DNA of 64,000 nt from Candidatus Methylomirabilis sp. (GTDB taxonomy: Bacteria > Methylomirabilota > Methylomirabilia > Methylomirabilales > 2-02-FULL-66-22), in NCBI GenBank assembly GCA_035455275.1, contig DATIFO010000045.1, forward strand, positions 2,421 through 66,420. The letters run 5' to 3'. The notes under the pieces are model-generated. The model was not told the origin of the DNA and made no database searches. It saw only the letters and a list, made by a program, of their open reading frames with translations. Shown here piece by piece: positions 1-8,996 of the stretch; within the stretch, counting starts at the first letter, position 1, and every line of letters begins with the position of its first letter. A program made the position numbers and the translations under genes.

Positions 1-1015
1 CGCCGTCCCGGAATCCGAGGTTGGCCGCCACCGGGACCTGGAGCGAGAGGCTGAGGATGTCGGTCTTGCCCGCGTGAAGGTAGTGCAGCTCGCTCCGGAC
101 CCGCAGCAGGAAATCCAGCGCCTGGAGGCACTGGGCCAGCTCCACGGGGGTGAGCAGGCCCAGGCCCGGCAGGGCCTTGAGATCCTCCAGGCGATGGCGG
201 GCGCGCGCCGCCCAGAGGCCGGTGTGAAAATCCCGCAGCCCTCCCGGCCCCTCCTTGACGTTGGGTTCCTGCACGTACACGGACCCACCGTACTTGGCAT
301 GACGGCGCTCCTGCTCGTTGATCTTGTGCTGGACGTACTGCTGGGCCCGCCGCCCCTGAAACGCCCGCCACATCCGCTCCTGGAGGTCGGCGAACACCGT
401 GAAGCTTCCCGCCAGGAAGCGGGCCTCCAGGAGGGCCGTCCGCACCGTGAGGTCCGCCTCCAGCATCTGCACGGTGTCGCTGAGCGAGCGGCAACTGTGT
501 CCCACCTCGAAGCCCAGATCCCACAGGAAGTAGAGGACGTGGTCCAGCAAGGTGGTGACGTAGCCGTCCACGCGCCTGGGGTACAAGAACATCACGTCCA
601 CGTCCGAGGCGGGGTTCAGCTCGCGCCGGCCGTAACCCCCCAGGGCCACCAGCGCGCAGCCCTCCGTCCGCTCGCGGGCCGCGCGGCCTGCCCCCTCGTC
701 GGCCAGGCGGAAGAGCTGGCACACCACCGCGTCCACCAGGTCGGCGTGGCGGGCCACCACCTCCAGGCCGCTGGCTCCCTGGCGATGGGACGCCTCGATG
801 GTGGCGCGCTCCTTCAGGATGAAGCCCTTCACCGCCGGGAGCAGCGCCGCGCGCAGGGCTTCCCCGTCACCTGCGGGGACGCCGGGGAGATGGTCTTCCA
901 GGAGCGTCCGGAATCGCCGGGACAGCTCCGTCTCGGGACCGTAGGTTGTCCCCACGGCCGGCGCAGGTGCGGACCAGCGGAAGAGTCTCGTCAGGGAGCG
1001 AACAGCATCCGCCAT
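1..1015 (-). CDS. glnD: [protein-PII] uridylyltransferase GlnD, N-terminal part (C-terminus lies beyond the left edge)
   Basis: Minus-strand translation from ATG at 1013-1015 is absent from the ORF track because its stop is off-window. It reads MADAVRSL...LVALGGYGRRELNPASDVDVMFLY...QEPNVKEGPGGLRDFHT, the nucleotidyltransferase core and following motif of GlnD. The listed + ORF 74..1537 is its antisense shadow. Confidence 0.8.
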   Translation of the reverse strand, partial: MADAVRSLTRLFRWSAPAPAVGTTYGPETELSRRFRTLLEDHLPGVPAGDGEALRAALLPAVKGFILKERATIEASHRQGASGLEVVARHADLVDAVVCQLFRLADEGAGRAARERTEGCALVALGGYGRRELNPASDVDVMFLYPRRVDGYVTTLLDHVLYFLWDLGFEVGHSCRSLSDTVQMLEADLTVRTALLEARFLAGSFTVFADLQERMWRAFQGRRAQQYVQHKINEQERRHAKYGGSVYVQEPNVKEGPGGLRDFHTGLWAARARHRLEDLKALPGLGLLTPVELAQCLQALDFLLRVRSELHYLHAGKTDILSLSLQVPVAANLGFRDG

Positions 1016-1178
1016 GTCGCCTCCAGAGGCCCCTCGCCTCTCTCACGCACTATAGCGGTCGGCCCTGCGCTGGTCAAGGCGGGCGACCGGGAGAAGGAGG
1101 GGAGGAGGGATTGGCGCCGAAGACCGGGCGGAGGGGAGCGCGTCAGGACTCCGGGACCGGGGCCGGAGGGTTGCAGGC

Positions 1179-1661
1179 TCACAGGGGGTCCCCGTGCGGG
1201 GGAGCCTCCGCCCGGGACCGACGGTAGTCTGCCAGGATCTGGTCATGGTCAAAGGCCAGGGGAGCGGGGAGGTCTGCGAGGGGGACCGAGCGGGCGTCGC
1301 CCGCGTCATCGCCGGCGCGCGGCGCTCCGTCCGCCCGGGCGAGGAATACCGTGCTCACCGTGTGTCCCCGCGGGTCCCGGGCCGGGTCCGAGTAGGTATG
1401 CACTTGCCGGATCAGCTCGACCTCCAGCCCCGTCTCCTCCCTGCCCTCGCGCACGGCCGCCTGTTCCAGGCTCTCCCCGTATTCCAGGAAGCCACCCGGG
1501 AGGGCCCATCCGTGAGGGGGATTCTTGCGGCGGATGAGGACGATCCGATCCCCCGGGAGCAGAATGATGAGGTCCACCGCAATCCGTGGGATCCGGACCG
1601 GTGAGGCCTCGGTCCATTCTTCGATCGGGTGTCCCCCGGCCTCCGGAGCCTCCGCTCCCAC
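1179..1661 (-). CDS. NUDIX hydrolase
   Basis: 160-aa ORF with Nudix box [26 protein letters not shown]. It abuts the upstream ThiF-family gene. Confidence 0.85.
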   Translation of the reverse strand: MGAEAPEAGGHPIEEWTEASPVRIPRIAVDLIILLPGDRIVLIRRKNPPHGWALPGGFLEYGESLEQAAVREGREETGLEVELIRQVHTYSDPARDPRGHTVSTVFLARADGAPRAGDDAGDARSVPLADLPAPLAFDHDQILADYRRSRAEAPPHGDPL

Positions 1662-1662
1662 C

Positions 1663-2415
1663 TCAGAGCCTCCCGCAGACGCCGCACCTCGGGTCCTTCC
1701 GCACCTTCACCTCGAAGAACCGCATCTCCAGGAAGTCACAGCACAAGAGCCTCCCCTTCAGCAGGCTGCCCACCCCTGCCAGGTACTTGATGGCCTCCAT
1801 GGCCTGGATGGTGCCCGTGATTCCCGGGGTGGCCCCAAGGACGGGGAAGACCTCTCGGGGGGGCGATTCCTTGAAGAGGCACGCCAGGCAGGCGGTCTCG
1901 GGAGAATGGATGAAGGTCACACGCCCCTCGAATCCCCAGATGCTCCCGTGAACCAGAGGGATTCCCTTCCGGACGGCCGCGGCGTTCAAGAGAAACCGGG
2001 TGGGATAGTTGTCCATGCAGTCGAGGATGAGGTCCGAGTCGGAGACCAGGCGATCCACGCTCCCCTCGTCGATCTTCTCCGTGAGGGGCTCGATCTGGAC
2101 GTGGGGGTTGAGTCTGGCCAGGGTCCGCTTGGCCGACTCGGCCTTGTTCGTCCCGATGCGCGAGTCGTCGTGCAGGAACTGCCGGTTGAGGTTGGAAAGC
2201 TCGGGCGAATCGAAGTCGCAGATGCGGAGGAGACCGATCCCCGCGACGGCGAGGTTGAACGACACCGGGCTTCCGAGGCCGCCGGCCCCCGCGATGAATA
2301 CCTTGGAGGCCTTGAGCCTTCGCTGGCTCTCTTCCCCCCAGTTGGGAATGATCATCTGTCGGGCGTAGCGCTGCTTCTCCTCCGACGTAAGCTCGGTCCC
2401 GCCTGCCTGCAGCAT
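1663..2415 (-). CDS. ThiF/MoeB/HesA-family E1-like adenylyltransferase
   Basis: 250 aa. Contains the GAGGLGS nucleotide loop, an NLNRQ motif and two C-terminal CxxC pairs (CLAC, CGVC). Confidence 0.85.
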   Translation of the reverse strand: MLQAGGTELTSEEKQRYARQMIIPNWGEESQRRLKASKVFIAGAGGLGSPVSFNLAVAGIGLLRICDFDSPELSNLNRQFLHDDSRIGTNKAESAKRTLARLNPHVQIEPLTEKIDEGSVDRLVSDSDLILDCMDNYPTRFLLNAAAVRKGIPLVHGSIWGFEGRVTFIHSPETACLACLFKESPPREVFPVLGATPGITGTIQAMEAIKYLAGVGSLLKGRLLCCDFLEMRFFEVKVRKDPRCGVCGRL

Positions 2416-2602
2416 CTGCTCCTCCCTCCTTCCGGCTTCCCGGATCCTGGCATGGGTTCCTGCGGACCGCGCCTCTCCCCTCTTGCGGCGCTCCAGGTGT
2501 AGCCCATGCGAATCCCAAAGTCAACCGGGGTCTGCGGGGAGATTGCTGGGACGGTCATCCGGTGGGCATGACGGGGGAGCAGCGATAGAAATGAAGCGGG
2601 AC

Positions 2603-2638
2603 GGGTACCCCGGGGTCAAGAGGGGAGCCGGGGTGCCC
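2603..2638 (-). terminator. possible hairpin terminator downstream of amtB
   Basis: Minus strand reads GGGCACCCCGG-14 nt-CCGGGGTACCC (11 bp, one mismatch), 28 nt after the amtB stop. The U-tail is weak. Confidence 0.3.
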
Positions 2639-2665
2639 GTCACAGCGCAGGCGTGGCCATGGGGA

Positions 2666-4159
2666 TCAGTGGGTGGCCGCCTTGGACGAGGTCGGCGAGG
2701 CCGCTCCGTGTCCCAGAACCGACCGGTATTCCGCGGTCCCGAAGCCCGTTCCCTGTCCGGCCGTGCCGATCAGCCCGAGCGAGTACGCGTTCTCGTTGTG
2801 CTGGCTGAGATCCAGGCCCATGACCTCGTCCTCTTCGTCGACGCGGAGTCCGATCAGCACGTCCACGATCTTGAGGAGGATCAGCGAGCCGATGAAGGCA
2901 AAGATCCACGTGGCCAGGACGCCGACGACCTGCACCCAGAGCTGCCCCGGATTGCCGAAGAAGAGCCCGTTGTTGCCGGCGTCGTTGATGGCCTTGCTGG
3001 CGAACAGGCCGGTGGCCAGGGCCCCCCAGGTCCCGCCGACCCCGTGCACGCCCACCACGTCGAGGGAATCGTCGTAGCCAAGGCGGGTCTTGAGGTTACA
3101 TGCGCTGTAGCAGAGATAGCCAGCCACCGCGCCGATGATGATGGCCGAGAGGGGCCCCACGAATCCGGAGGCGGGCGTGATCGCCACGAGCCCCGCCACC
3201 GCGCCCGAGGCCGCCCCCAGGACGGTGGGCCTGCCCCGGCTCAGCCACTCGACGAGCATCCAGGAGACCGCCGCCGCCGCCGTCGCCACGTGGGTGACCA
3301 CGAAGGCGCTGGTGGCCAGGGCACCCGAGCTCAGGGCGCTGCCGGCGTTGAAGCCGAACCATCCCACCCACAGCATGGCCGCCCCCGTGACCGTCAAGGG
3401 GAGGTTGTGCGGCGGCATGGGCTCGGAGCCGAAGCCGCGTCGCTTCCCGATGAGGAGGGCGGCTGCCAGCGCCGAGATGCCTGAGCTCACGTGGACCACG
3501 GTCCCGCCCGCAAAATCCAGGGCGCCGAGGTTTCGCAGCCACCCGCCCGTCCCCCACACCCAGTGGGCCAGGGGATCGTAGATGAAGGTGGTCCAGAGCA
3601 GCGTGAAGACCAGGAAGGCGCTGAACTTCATGCGCTCCGCGAAGGCCCCGGTGATGAGCGCAGGTGTGATGATGGCGAACATGAGCTGGTAGATCATGAA
3701 CGCCTGATGGGGGATGGTCGCAGCGTAGTCGGGGTTCGGGGTCAGGTCGACGCCGTTGAGGCCGATCCAGGACAGGTTGCCGACCAGACCGTGGACGTCC
3801 GGCCCGAAGGAAAGGCTGTAGCCCCAGAGCACCCACTGGAGGCTGACCACGGCCATGATGATGAAGCTGTGCATGATGGTGCCCAGCGCGTTCTGGCGCC
3901 GGACCATGCCCCCATAGAACAGGGCGAGCCCGGGGGCCGTCATCATGAGGACCAGGGCCGAGGAGACAAGCATCCAGGCGGTGTCGCCGCTGTCGATCTT
4001 GGGTGGAGGCGCAGCCTGCGTCGTCGCCGCGGGTGCCGTGGCGGGCGGTGCCGCCGGCGCGGGAGCGGGCTGCTGCGCCGCCAGGGGAACGGCCAGCAAG
4101 CAGAGGGCTGTGAGGAGCCCGAAGGTCACGAGCAGCCGAAGCAAACGATACCCTCCCAT
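2666..4159 (-). CDS. amtB: ammonium transporter (Amt family)
   Basis: 497 aa with a signal peptide, a Pro/Ala-rich linker and multiple TM segments. Amt motifs DFAGGTVVH and VGVHGVGGTWG are present. Confidence 0.9.
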   Translation of the reverse strand: MGGYRLLRLLVTFGLLTALCLLAVPLAAQQPAPAPAAPPATAPAATTQAAPPPKIDSGDTAWMLVSSALVLMMTAPGLALFYGGMVRRQNALGTIMHSFIIMAVVSLQWVLWGYSLSFGPDVHGLVGNLSWIGLNGVDLTPNPDYAATIPHQAFMIYQLMFAIITPALITGAFAERMKFSAFLVFTLLWTTFIYDPLAHWVWGTGGWLRNLGALDFAGGTVVHVSSGISALAAALLIGKRRGFGSEPMPPHNLPLTVTGAAMLWVGWFGFNAGSALSSGALATSAFVVTHVATAAAAVSWMLVEWLSRGRPTVLGAASGAVAGLVAITPASGFVGPLSAIIIGAVAGYLCYSACNLKTRLGYDDSLDVVGVHGVGGTWGALATGLFASKAINDAGNNGLFFGNPGQLWVQVVGVLATWIFAFIGSLILLKIVDVLIGLRVDEEDEVMGLDLSQHNENAYSLGLIGTAGQGTGFGTAEYRSVLGHGAASPTSSKAATH

Positions 4160-4202
4160 AACAATTCCCTCCTTGTAAGGGCGCAGACCTCTCCCCGATA
4201 CA

Positions 4203-4217
4203 GCATGCTGCGTGCCT
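4203..4217 (-). promoter_or_regulatory. candidate sigma-54 (-24/-12) promoter for amtB
   Basis: Minus strand reads AGGCAC-GCAGC-ATGCT. The invariant GG and GC are at consensus spacing (TGGCAC-N5-TTGCW). It lies about 45-58 nt upstream of the amtB ATG, which has SD AAGGAGGG. Confidence 0.4.
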
Positions 4218-4407
4218 ACACGAACGGGGCTGGATCGGTCGCTTCACGAATGGCGCAACGTCCGGACAATCCACGGGAATCCGAGGGGCGTGGGGGGAGA
4301 GCCGCGGTCCTCGCGCTCTGGGTCCTGCCTTCCGTTTCGGCAGGAGCAGTCCCCGCTGCCTATCCAGTGGGCGGAAGGGTCCGAGCCGAGAGGGCCTGGA
4401 GGCGTCC

Positions 4408-5064
4408 CTACGAGTGTCGCAGCCGCGCCTCGGCCCGCTGGGCCAGGAGGGACAGGGGATAGCTGATGCAGAAATAGATGGCCGCGGCCAGCAGGTAGAT
4501 CTCGAAGGAGCGGAAGGTGCGCTCGATGGTCTCCTGGGCGGCCCGGGTGAGCTCGAAGACACCGATGATGGCGGCCAGGGACGTGTCCTTGATCAGGATC
4601 GTGCACAGACCCACGAAGGGGGGGAGCATGCGGCGGACGGCTTGGGGGAAGATCACGTGGCGCATGGTCTGGAGCCCGGTGAGGCCGGTGGAGCGCGCCG
4701 CCTCTGTCTGACCCCGGGGAATGGATTGAATCCCGCCGCGGACCACCTCGGCCGTGTTGGCCATCATCCACAGCGACATGGCGAGGACGGCCGCCGGGAA
4801 GGTGGGGATCCTCACCCCCACCGCCGGCAGGCCGAAAAAAATGAAGAAGATCTGGAGGAGCAGGGGGACGGCGCGGACGAACTCCACCGTCCACTCGACG
4901 CCGGTCCGGACGGCCGCCCAGGGGGCGAAGCGCAAGAGTCCGGCCAGGACGCCGGCCGAGCTGCCCAGGACGATGACCGCGGCGGAGATCTCCACCGTGC
5001 TCACGGTGCCTCGCAGCAGATAGCCGATGTTCTCGAGGATGACCGCCCAGTGCATTCCGGACAT
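4408..5064 (-). CDS. amino-acid ABC transporter permease (His/Glu/Gln/Arg family)
   Basis: Hydrophobic ORF with EAA loop EAARSTGLTGLQTMRHVIFPQA. The start is uncertain: 5103, 5064 or 5055. I chose 5064 to avoid overlapping the upstream permease. Confidence 0.85.
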   Translation of the reverse strand: MSGMHWAVILENIGYLLRGTVSTVEISAAVIVLGSSAGVLAGLLRFAPWAAVRTGVEWTVEFVRAVPLLLQIFFIFFGLPAVGVRIPTFPAAVLAMSLWMMANTAEVVRGGIQSIPRGQTEAARSTGLTGLQTMRHVIFPQAVRRMLPPFVGLCTILIKDTSLAAIIGVFELTRAAQETIERTFRSFEIYLLAAAIYFCISYPLSLLAQRAEARLRHS

Positions 5065-5071
5065 CCCGGGG

Positions 5072-5755
5072 TCAGGCCGCCGAATGGCTCGGCGGGACCG
5101 CACCCCTGCGCAGGATCCGTGCCTCCGTCAGGTTGAGGAGGCGTGTCAGGGTGAGGACCAGGATCACGTACAGGACGGCGGCGGCGCCGTAGATCTCGAA
5201 GGAGCGGAAGTTGTTGAAGGAGATGTCGTTGGCCACGAACATCAGCTCCACCATGCCGATCGTGGAGACCAGCGACGAGTTCTTCACCAGGGAGACGAGG
5301 TTGTTGCCCAGGGCGGGGAAGGAGATCCGCACGGCCTGGGGAATGACGACGTGGAGCGCCTCCTGAAGGGGGCTGAGGCCGGTGGAGCGCGCGGCCTCGT
5401 GCTGGCCCTTGGGCACGGCCTCCAGCCCGGCCCGGAAGATCTCCGTGTTGTAGGCCGCCGTGTACAGGGTGAGGGCCGACAGGCCGGAGAGGAAGGCCGA
5501 GAGCCTCAAGCCGAGCTGGGGCAGGCCGAAATACACGATGAAGATCTGGATGAGGAGCGGCGTGTTGCGGAAGACCTCGACGTAGGCGCGGGTGAGCCAG
5601 CGGGCCGGACGCCACGGGAGCTGGGACAGGAGCGCCGCGATCGTCCCCAGCGCCAGGGCCAGCAGCATGGCCGCGGCCGAGATCAGGACTGTGAGCCCCG
5701 CTCCCTGCAGCAGGTAGGGCAGCCCCTGCCAGACGGCCGGCCAGGAGAACGTCAT
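5072..5755 (-). CDS. amino-acid ABC transporter permease
   Basis: 227 aa with EAA loop EAARSTGLSPLQEALHVVIPQA. It is a paralog of the downstream permease. Confidence 0.9.
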   Translation of the reverse strand: MTFSWPAVWQGLPYLLQGAGLTVLISAAAMLLALALGTIAALLSQLPWRPARWLTRAYVEVFRNTPLLIQIFIVYFGLPQLGLRLSAFLSGLSALTLYTAAYNTEIFRAGLEAVPKGQHEAARSTGLSPLQEALHVVIPQAVRISFPALGNNLVSLVKNSSLVSTIGMVELMFVANDISFNNFRSFEIYGAAAVLYVILVLTLTRLLNLTEARILRRGAVPPSHSAA

Positions 5756-5845
5756 GGGTGCGTGGATTGCCGTGGCGGGTCGGTGCCCGCCCCACCGGAT
5801 GCCACGCGGTCTCCCGGCGGGGCGGGGGAAACGGCCCGGGACGGA

Positions 5846-6655
5846 TCAGGGCTTGAAGAGGTTCGCCTCGACCTCGCCGAAGTATTTCTTCCAGAGCTTG
5901 TCGTACGTCCCGTCCTTCTTCAGCTTGAGGAGCTGCCCGTCCACCCACTTGACAAATTCACCCTCGCCTTTCCGCACGGCGATGCCGTACGGGCGCGGGG
6001 TGAACGGCTTGCCGACGGGCTTCAGGTCCGGGTTCTCCTTGGCCAGCGTCAAGATCAGGATGTCGTCCTGGGAAAAGGCGTCGGCCCGCCCGCCCTTCAC
6101 CGCCAGGACCGCCTCCGAGACCTTCCCGAACTTCACGCGGGCGGCCTTGGGGGCGAGCTGCTCGATATCCTTGTCCTGGATGGCGCCCTGGATGACGGCG
6201 ACCGTCTTGCCCGCCAGGTCCTCGACCCCCTTGATGCTGCTGTTCTTGGGGACGAGGAGCAGGCCGCCGGACATGAAGTATGGCTCCGAGAACTCGACCA
6301 CCTGCCGGCGCTCATCGGTCACCGTGACCGAGGCGATGATGATGTCGATCTTGCCGCTCTGCAGAAACGGGATGCGATTCCCCGAGGTCACCGCCACCAG
6401 CTCGACCTTGGTCTCGTCGTCGAAGAGCGCCTTGGCGAAGAGGTGGGCGATGTCCACGTCGAACCCCAGGTTCTTGCCGGCGCTGTCCACGTACCCGAAC
6501 GGCGGGAAGTCGGTCTTGACGCCGGCGATGAGCCGTCCCCGCTTCTTCACCTCGTCCAGGGTGCCGGCCGCCGCCTGCCCGGCCAGGGCGGAGGCCACGA
6601 GTCCGGTCACCAGGATGAGCCCCATGCGTCGTATGAACCCTCGCACGCTGTGCAT
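5846..6655 (-). CDS. amino-acid ABC transporter substrate-binding protein
   Basis: The internal start MHSVRGFIRRMGLILVTGLVASALAGQAAAG gives a signal peptide and is preceded by a GGGGGAGGGGG SD. The rest is type-2 periplasmic binding protein-like sequence (GFDVDIA...). Confidence 0.85.
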   Translation of the reverse strand: MHSVRGFIRRMGLILVTGLVASALAGQAAAGTLDEVKKRGRLIAGVKTDFPPFGYVDSAGKNLGFDVDIAHLFAKALFDDETKVELVAVTSGNRIPFLQSGKIDIIIASVTVTDERRQVVEFSEPYFMSGGLLLVPKNSSIKGVEDLAGKTVAVIQGAIQDKDIEQLAPKAARVKFGKVSEAVLAVKGGRADAFSQDDILILTLAKENPDLKPVGKPFTPRPYGIAVRKGEGEFVKWVDGQLLKLKKDGTYDKLWKKYFGEVEANLFKP

Positions 6656-6826
6656 CGTTCCCCCTCCCCCTGGATGGATCCTGCGGATGCGTTCTGGAAG
6701 CGGCGACCGCCCTTCCGCGGCGCCCCGTCCTGCGGCGGGGCTCAGGCAGCCGTGGTCTCGCGCCGGGGTGACCGCCTCCGAAGGTCGCGGATCAGCCATC
6801 GGCAATCGCCCGGCACGGATGGAATC

Positions 6827-7555
6827 TCAGTGCACCAGGATCTTGCTGAGGAACGTGCGCGTCCGCTCTTCCGTGGGATTGGCGAAGAACGCCTGGGGGT
6901 CCCCCTCTTCGACGATCCGCCCCTCGTCCATGAAGATGATCCGGTGGGCGACCTTCTTGGCGAAGCCCATCTCGTGGGTGACGACGATCATGGTCATGCC
7001 CTCCTTGGCAAGGTTGACCATGACGTCCAGCACCTCGTTGATCATCTCCGGATCCAGGGCGGAGGTGGGCTCGTCGAACAGCATGATCTTGGGCTGCATG
7101 GCCAGGGCCCGGGCGATGGCCACCCGCTGCTGCTGGCCGCCGGAAAGCTGGGCCGGGTAGTGATCGGCCTTCTCGGGGATGCCGACCTTGGCCAGGAGGG
7201 CCCGCGCACTCCTCTCCGCCTCCTGCCGGGACTGCTTCCGGACCTTGACGGGGGCGAGGGTGATGTTCTGGAGCGCCGTCATGTGAGGATAGAGGTTGAA
7301 CTGCTGGAACACCATCCCGACCTCGGCCCGCAGCTTGGTGATGTCCGTGGCGGAATCACTGAGCGACATGCCGTCCACCACGATCTCGCCCTTCTGGATC
7401 GGCTCCAGCTTGTTGATGCAGCGGATCAGGGTGCTCTTGCCGGACCCGCTCGGGCCGCAGACCACGACCACCTCTCCGGCCTTCACCAGGAGATCGATGT
7501 CGTTCAGGACGTGGAGGGGCCCGAACCACTTGTTGACGCCGCGGAACGCTATCAC
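6827..7555 (-). CDS. amino-acid ABC transporter ATP-binding protein
   Basis: Walker [10 protein letters not shown], signature [15 protein letters not shown] and Walker [13 protein letters not shown]. GlnQ-like, 242 aa. Confidence 0.95.
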   Translation of the reverse strand: MIAFRGVNKWFGPLHVLNDIDLLVKAGEVVVVCGPSGSGKSTLIRCINKLEPIQKGEIVVDGMSLSDSATDITKLRAEVGMVFQQFNLYPHMTALQNITLAPVKVRKQSRQEAERSARALLAKVGIPEKADHYPAQLSGGQQQRVAIARALAMQPKIMLFDEPTSALDPEMINEVLDVMVNLAKEGMTMIVVTHEMGFAKKVAHRIIFMDEGRIVEEGDPQAFFANPTEERTRTFLSKILVH

Positions 7556-7598
7556 GAGGGGGGGCCTCCTCGGGTCGTGGCACGCGGGGGTCCCAGCC

Positions 7599-8354
7599 CT
7601 ACCCCCGGTCCTTGTAGCATCGCTGGCTGGGCAGGAGTGGCGGTGACGTTTCCGCCAGTGCCCGGCAGACCGCGGCCCGGGCGAGGATCCAGGTGGGGTC
7701 GATCACGGGCACGGAGAGGTCGCCGTCCTGGAGGACGAGCGGGATCTCGGTGCAGCCGGCGAGGACCGCCTCGGCGCCGCGCCCGCACAAGTGTTCTGCC
7801 GCCTCGCGGATCAGGCGGCGGGGCCGCCCCTCCGGTTCGCCGTGCTTGACCGCGTAGATCGCCTCCATGACGGCTGCGGTCTGGATCGCCGGGTCCGGCG
7901 TCAGGATGGTGAAGCCCCGCGGCTCGAAGAACGACTCGAAGAGATGGCTCTGCAGGGTGCCGGACGTGGCCAGGAGGCCCAGACGGCGAAGACCCGGATA
8001 CCCGCTCGCCACCGCCGAGACAGTTTCACCGATCAGATGCAGGATGGGAACCCGCACGGCCCGCTGGAGCGGCGCGAAGAAATGATGGGCGGTGACACAT
8101 GGGATGGTGAGAAAGGCGGCGCCGCCGCGGATCAGGGCCTGAGCGCTCTCCACCAGGCTGGGGAGCGGGTCGGGTCCCTCGCCCCGGATGGCCGCGGTAC
8201 GATCGGGAATCTGGGGATTGCTGTAGATGAGGACCTTGAGATGATCCTGGTCCGCCTTGGCGGGGGTGGCCCGGATGATCTTCTGGTAGAAGTCCGCGGT
8301 GGCCGCGGGCCCCATTCCCCCCAGGACGCCGATGATCTTCCCCGAATTGCTCAT
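7599..8354 (-). CDS. aspartate/glutamate racemase family protein
   Basis: N-terminal [11 protein letters not shown] and two catalytic-Cys contexts (TIPCVTAH and LAGCTEIP). The start is either 8372 (MVQIPS) or 8354 (MSNSGK). Confidence 0.85.
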   Translation of the reverse strand: MSNSGKIIGVLGGMGPAATADFYQKIIRATPAKADQDHLKVLIYSNPQIPDRTAAIRGEGPDPLPSLVESAQALIRGGAAFLTIPCVTAHHFFAPLQRAVRVPILHLIGETVSAVASGYPGLRRLGLLATSGTLQSHLFESFFEPRGFTILTPDPAIQTAAVMEAIYAVKHGEPEGRPRRLIREAAEHLCGRGAEAVLAGCTEIPLVLQDGDLSVPVIDPTWILARAAVCRALAETSPPLLPSQRCYKDRG

Positions 8355-8362
8355 GCTGGGAA

Positions 8363-8391
8363 TTTGTACCATTGTGCCACAGGCGTGTCAA
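8363..8391 (-). promoter_or_regulatory. candidate sigma-70 promoter for the racemase gene
   Basis: Minus strand reads TTGACA-17 nt-TACAAA. The -10 ends 8 nt before the second ATG (8354). Confidence 0.3.
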
Positions 8392-8555
8392 GGCTTCGCC
8401 GCCCCGCCGGATGTTGATCCTTCGCCGGTGGGTGGGAGTCATGATGTCTTCGGGGGGTGTCAGGTTTTTCGCCACGGCCGACGGGGCAGCCGGCCCGGCC
8501 CGCGGCGGCCTTCGACCCCGGCGGTGCCGAACGGCGGACATCAGCCCAGGAACGC

Positions 8556-8585
8556 TTGACGCGGCGCGCGCGTTAGGGCTACTCT
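8556..8585 (+). promoter_or_regulatory. candidate sigma-70 promoter
   Basis: TTGACG-18 nt-TACTCT, about 35 nt upstream of the 8621 ATG. Confidence 0.3.
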
Positions 8586-8620
8586 GCGCCCACACGCCTT
8601 CGAGGGAAGGAGGATTCGCC

Positions 8621-8872
8621 ATGCGCTGGACACCGACGCATCGCATCATCGCCACGGCCAGGCGCGAGGGGCCCGAGACATTCGAGGTGATGGCGTTTGA
8701 CCTCGGATGCGATCATCCCGGTCCCGGCAGGTATGCCCTGTTCACCCGGGAGGAGTGGGAGGCCGGCACGCCGGCGGATTGGACCATGGATGTGGAGGGC
8801 CAGGTGTGGTTCCAGGGGGGGAGTGTGCCGCCCGGAGGGTCCGCGACCGCCCAGGGAATCTGGGACGATTGA
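8621..8872 (+). CDS. hypothetical protein (83 aa)
   Basis: ATG preceded by SD GGAAGGAGG. This is the 3' part of listed ORF 8372..8872. I recognise no family. Confidence 0.5.
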   Translation: MRWTPTHRIIATARREGPETFEVMAFDLGCDHPGPGRYALFTREEWEAGTPADWTMDVEGQVWFQGGSVPPGGSATAQGIWDD

Positions 8873-8909
8873 GTTTCACACTCCGTGGTCCGGAATTCTG
8901 TCCTAGCGG

Positions 8910-8945
8910 AAAATCTGCGTGATCTGCGAAATCTGCGGATAACTC
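8910..8945 (+). repeat. tandem 9-nt word array (NNATCTGCG x3)
   Basis: aaATCTGCG tgATCTGCG aaATCTGCG gataactcg, in the spacer upstream of pfkA. No inverted partner was seen. Confidence 0.5.
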
Positions 8946-8996
8946 GGATTCTGGTTCCTTCCGTTCTGTGGTGCGATCGAGGCGAGGAGCAGGCAC

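Noticed and set aside
74-1537. Very long ORFs on the strand opposite to, or out of frame with, recognisable genes. Examples: 74..1537, 3096..4562, 5027..7849, 8742..10325, 9326..11341 (5' part), 26134..29784 (5' part), 29831..31861, 35745..38465, 50416..52263 and 61886..63133.
   Set aside because: Their translations are Arg/Pro/Gly/Ala-rich with no motifs, and each overlaps a gene with clear family signatures. Stop-codon scarcity in a high-GC genome produces such shadow ORFs.
2416-2665. I looked for a glnK/glnB gene next to amtB.
   Set aside because: No ORF of suitable length or sequence exists in the spacer on either strand.
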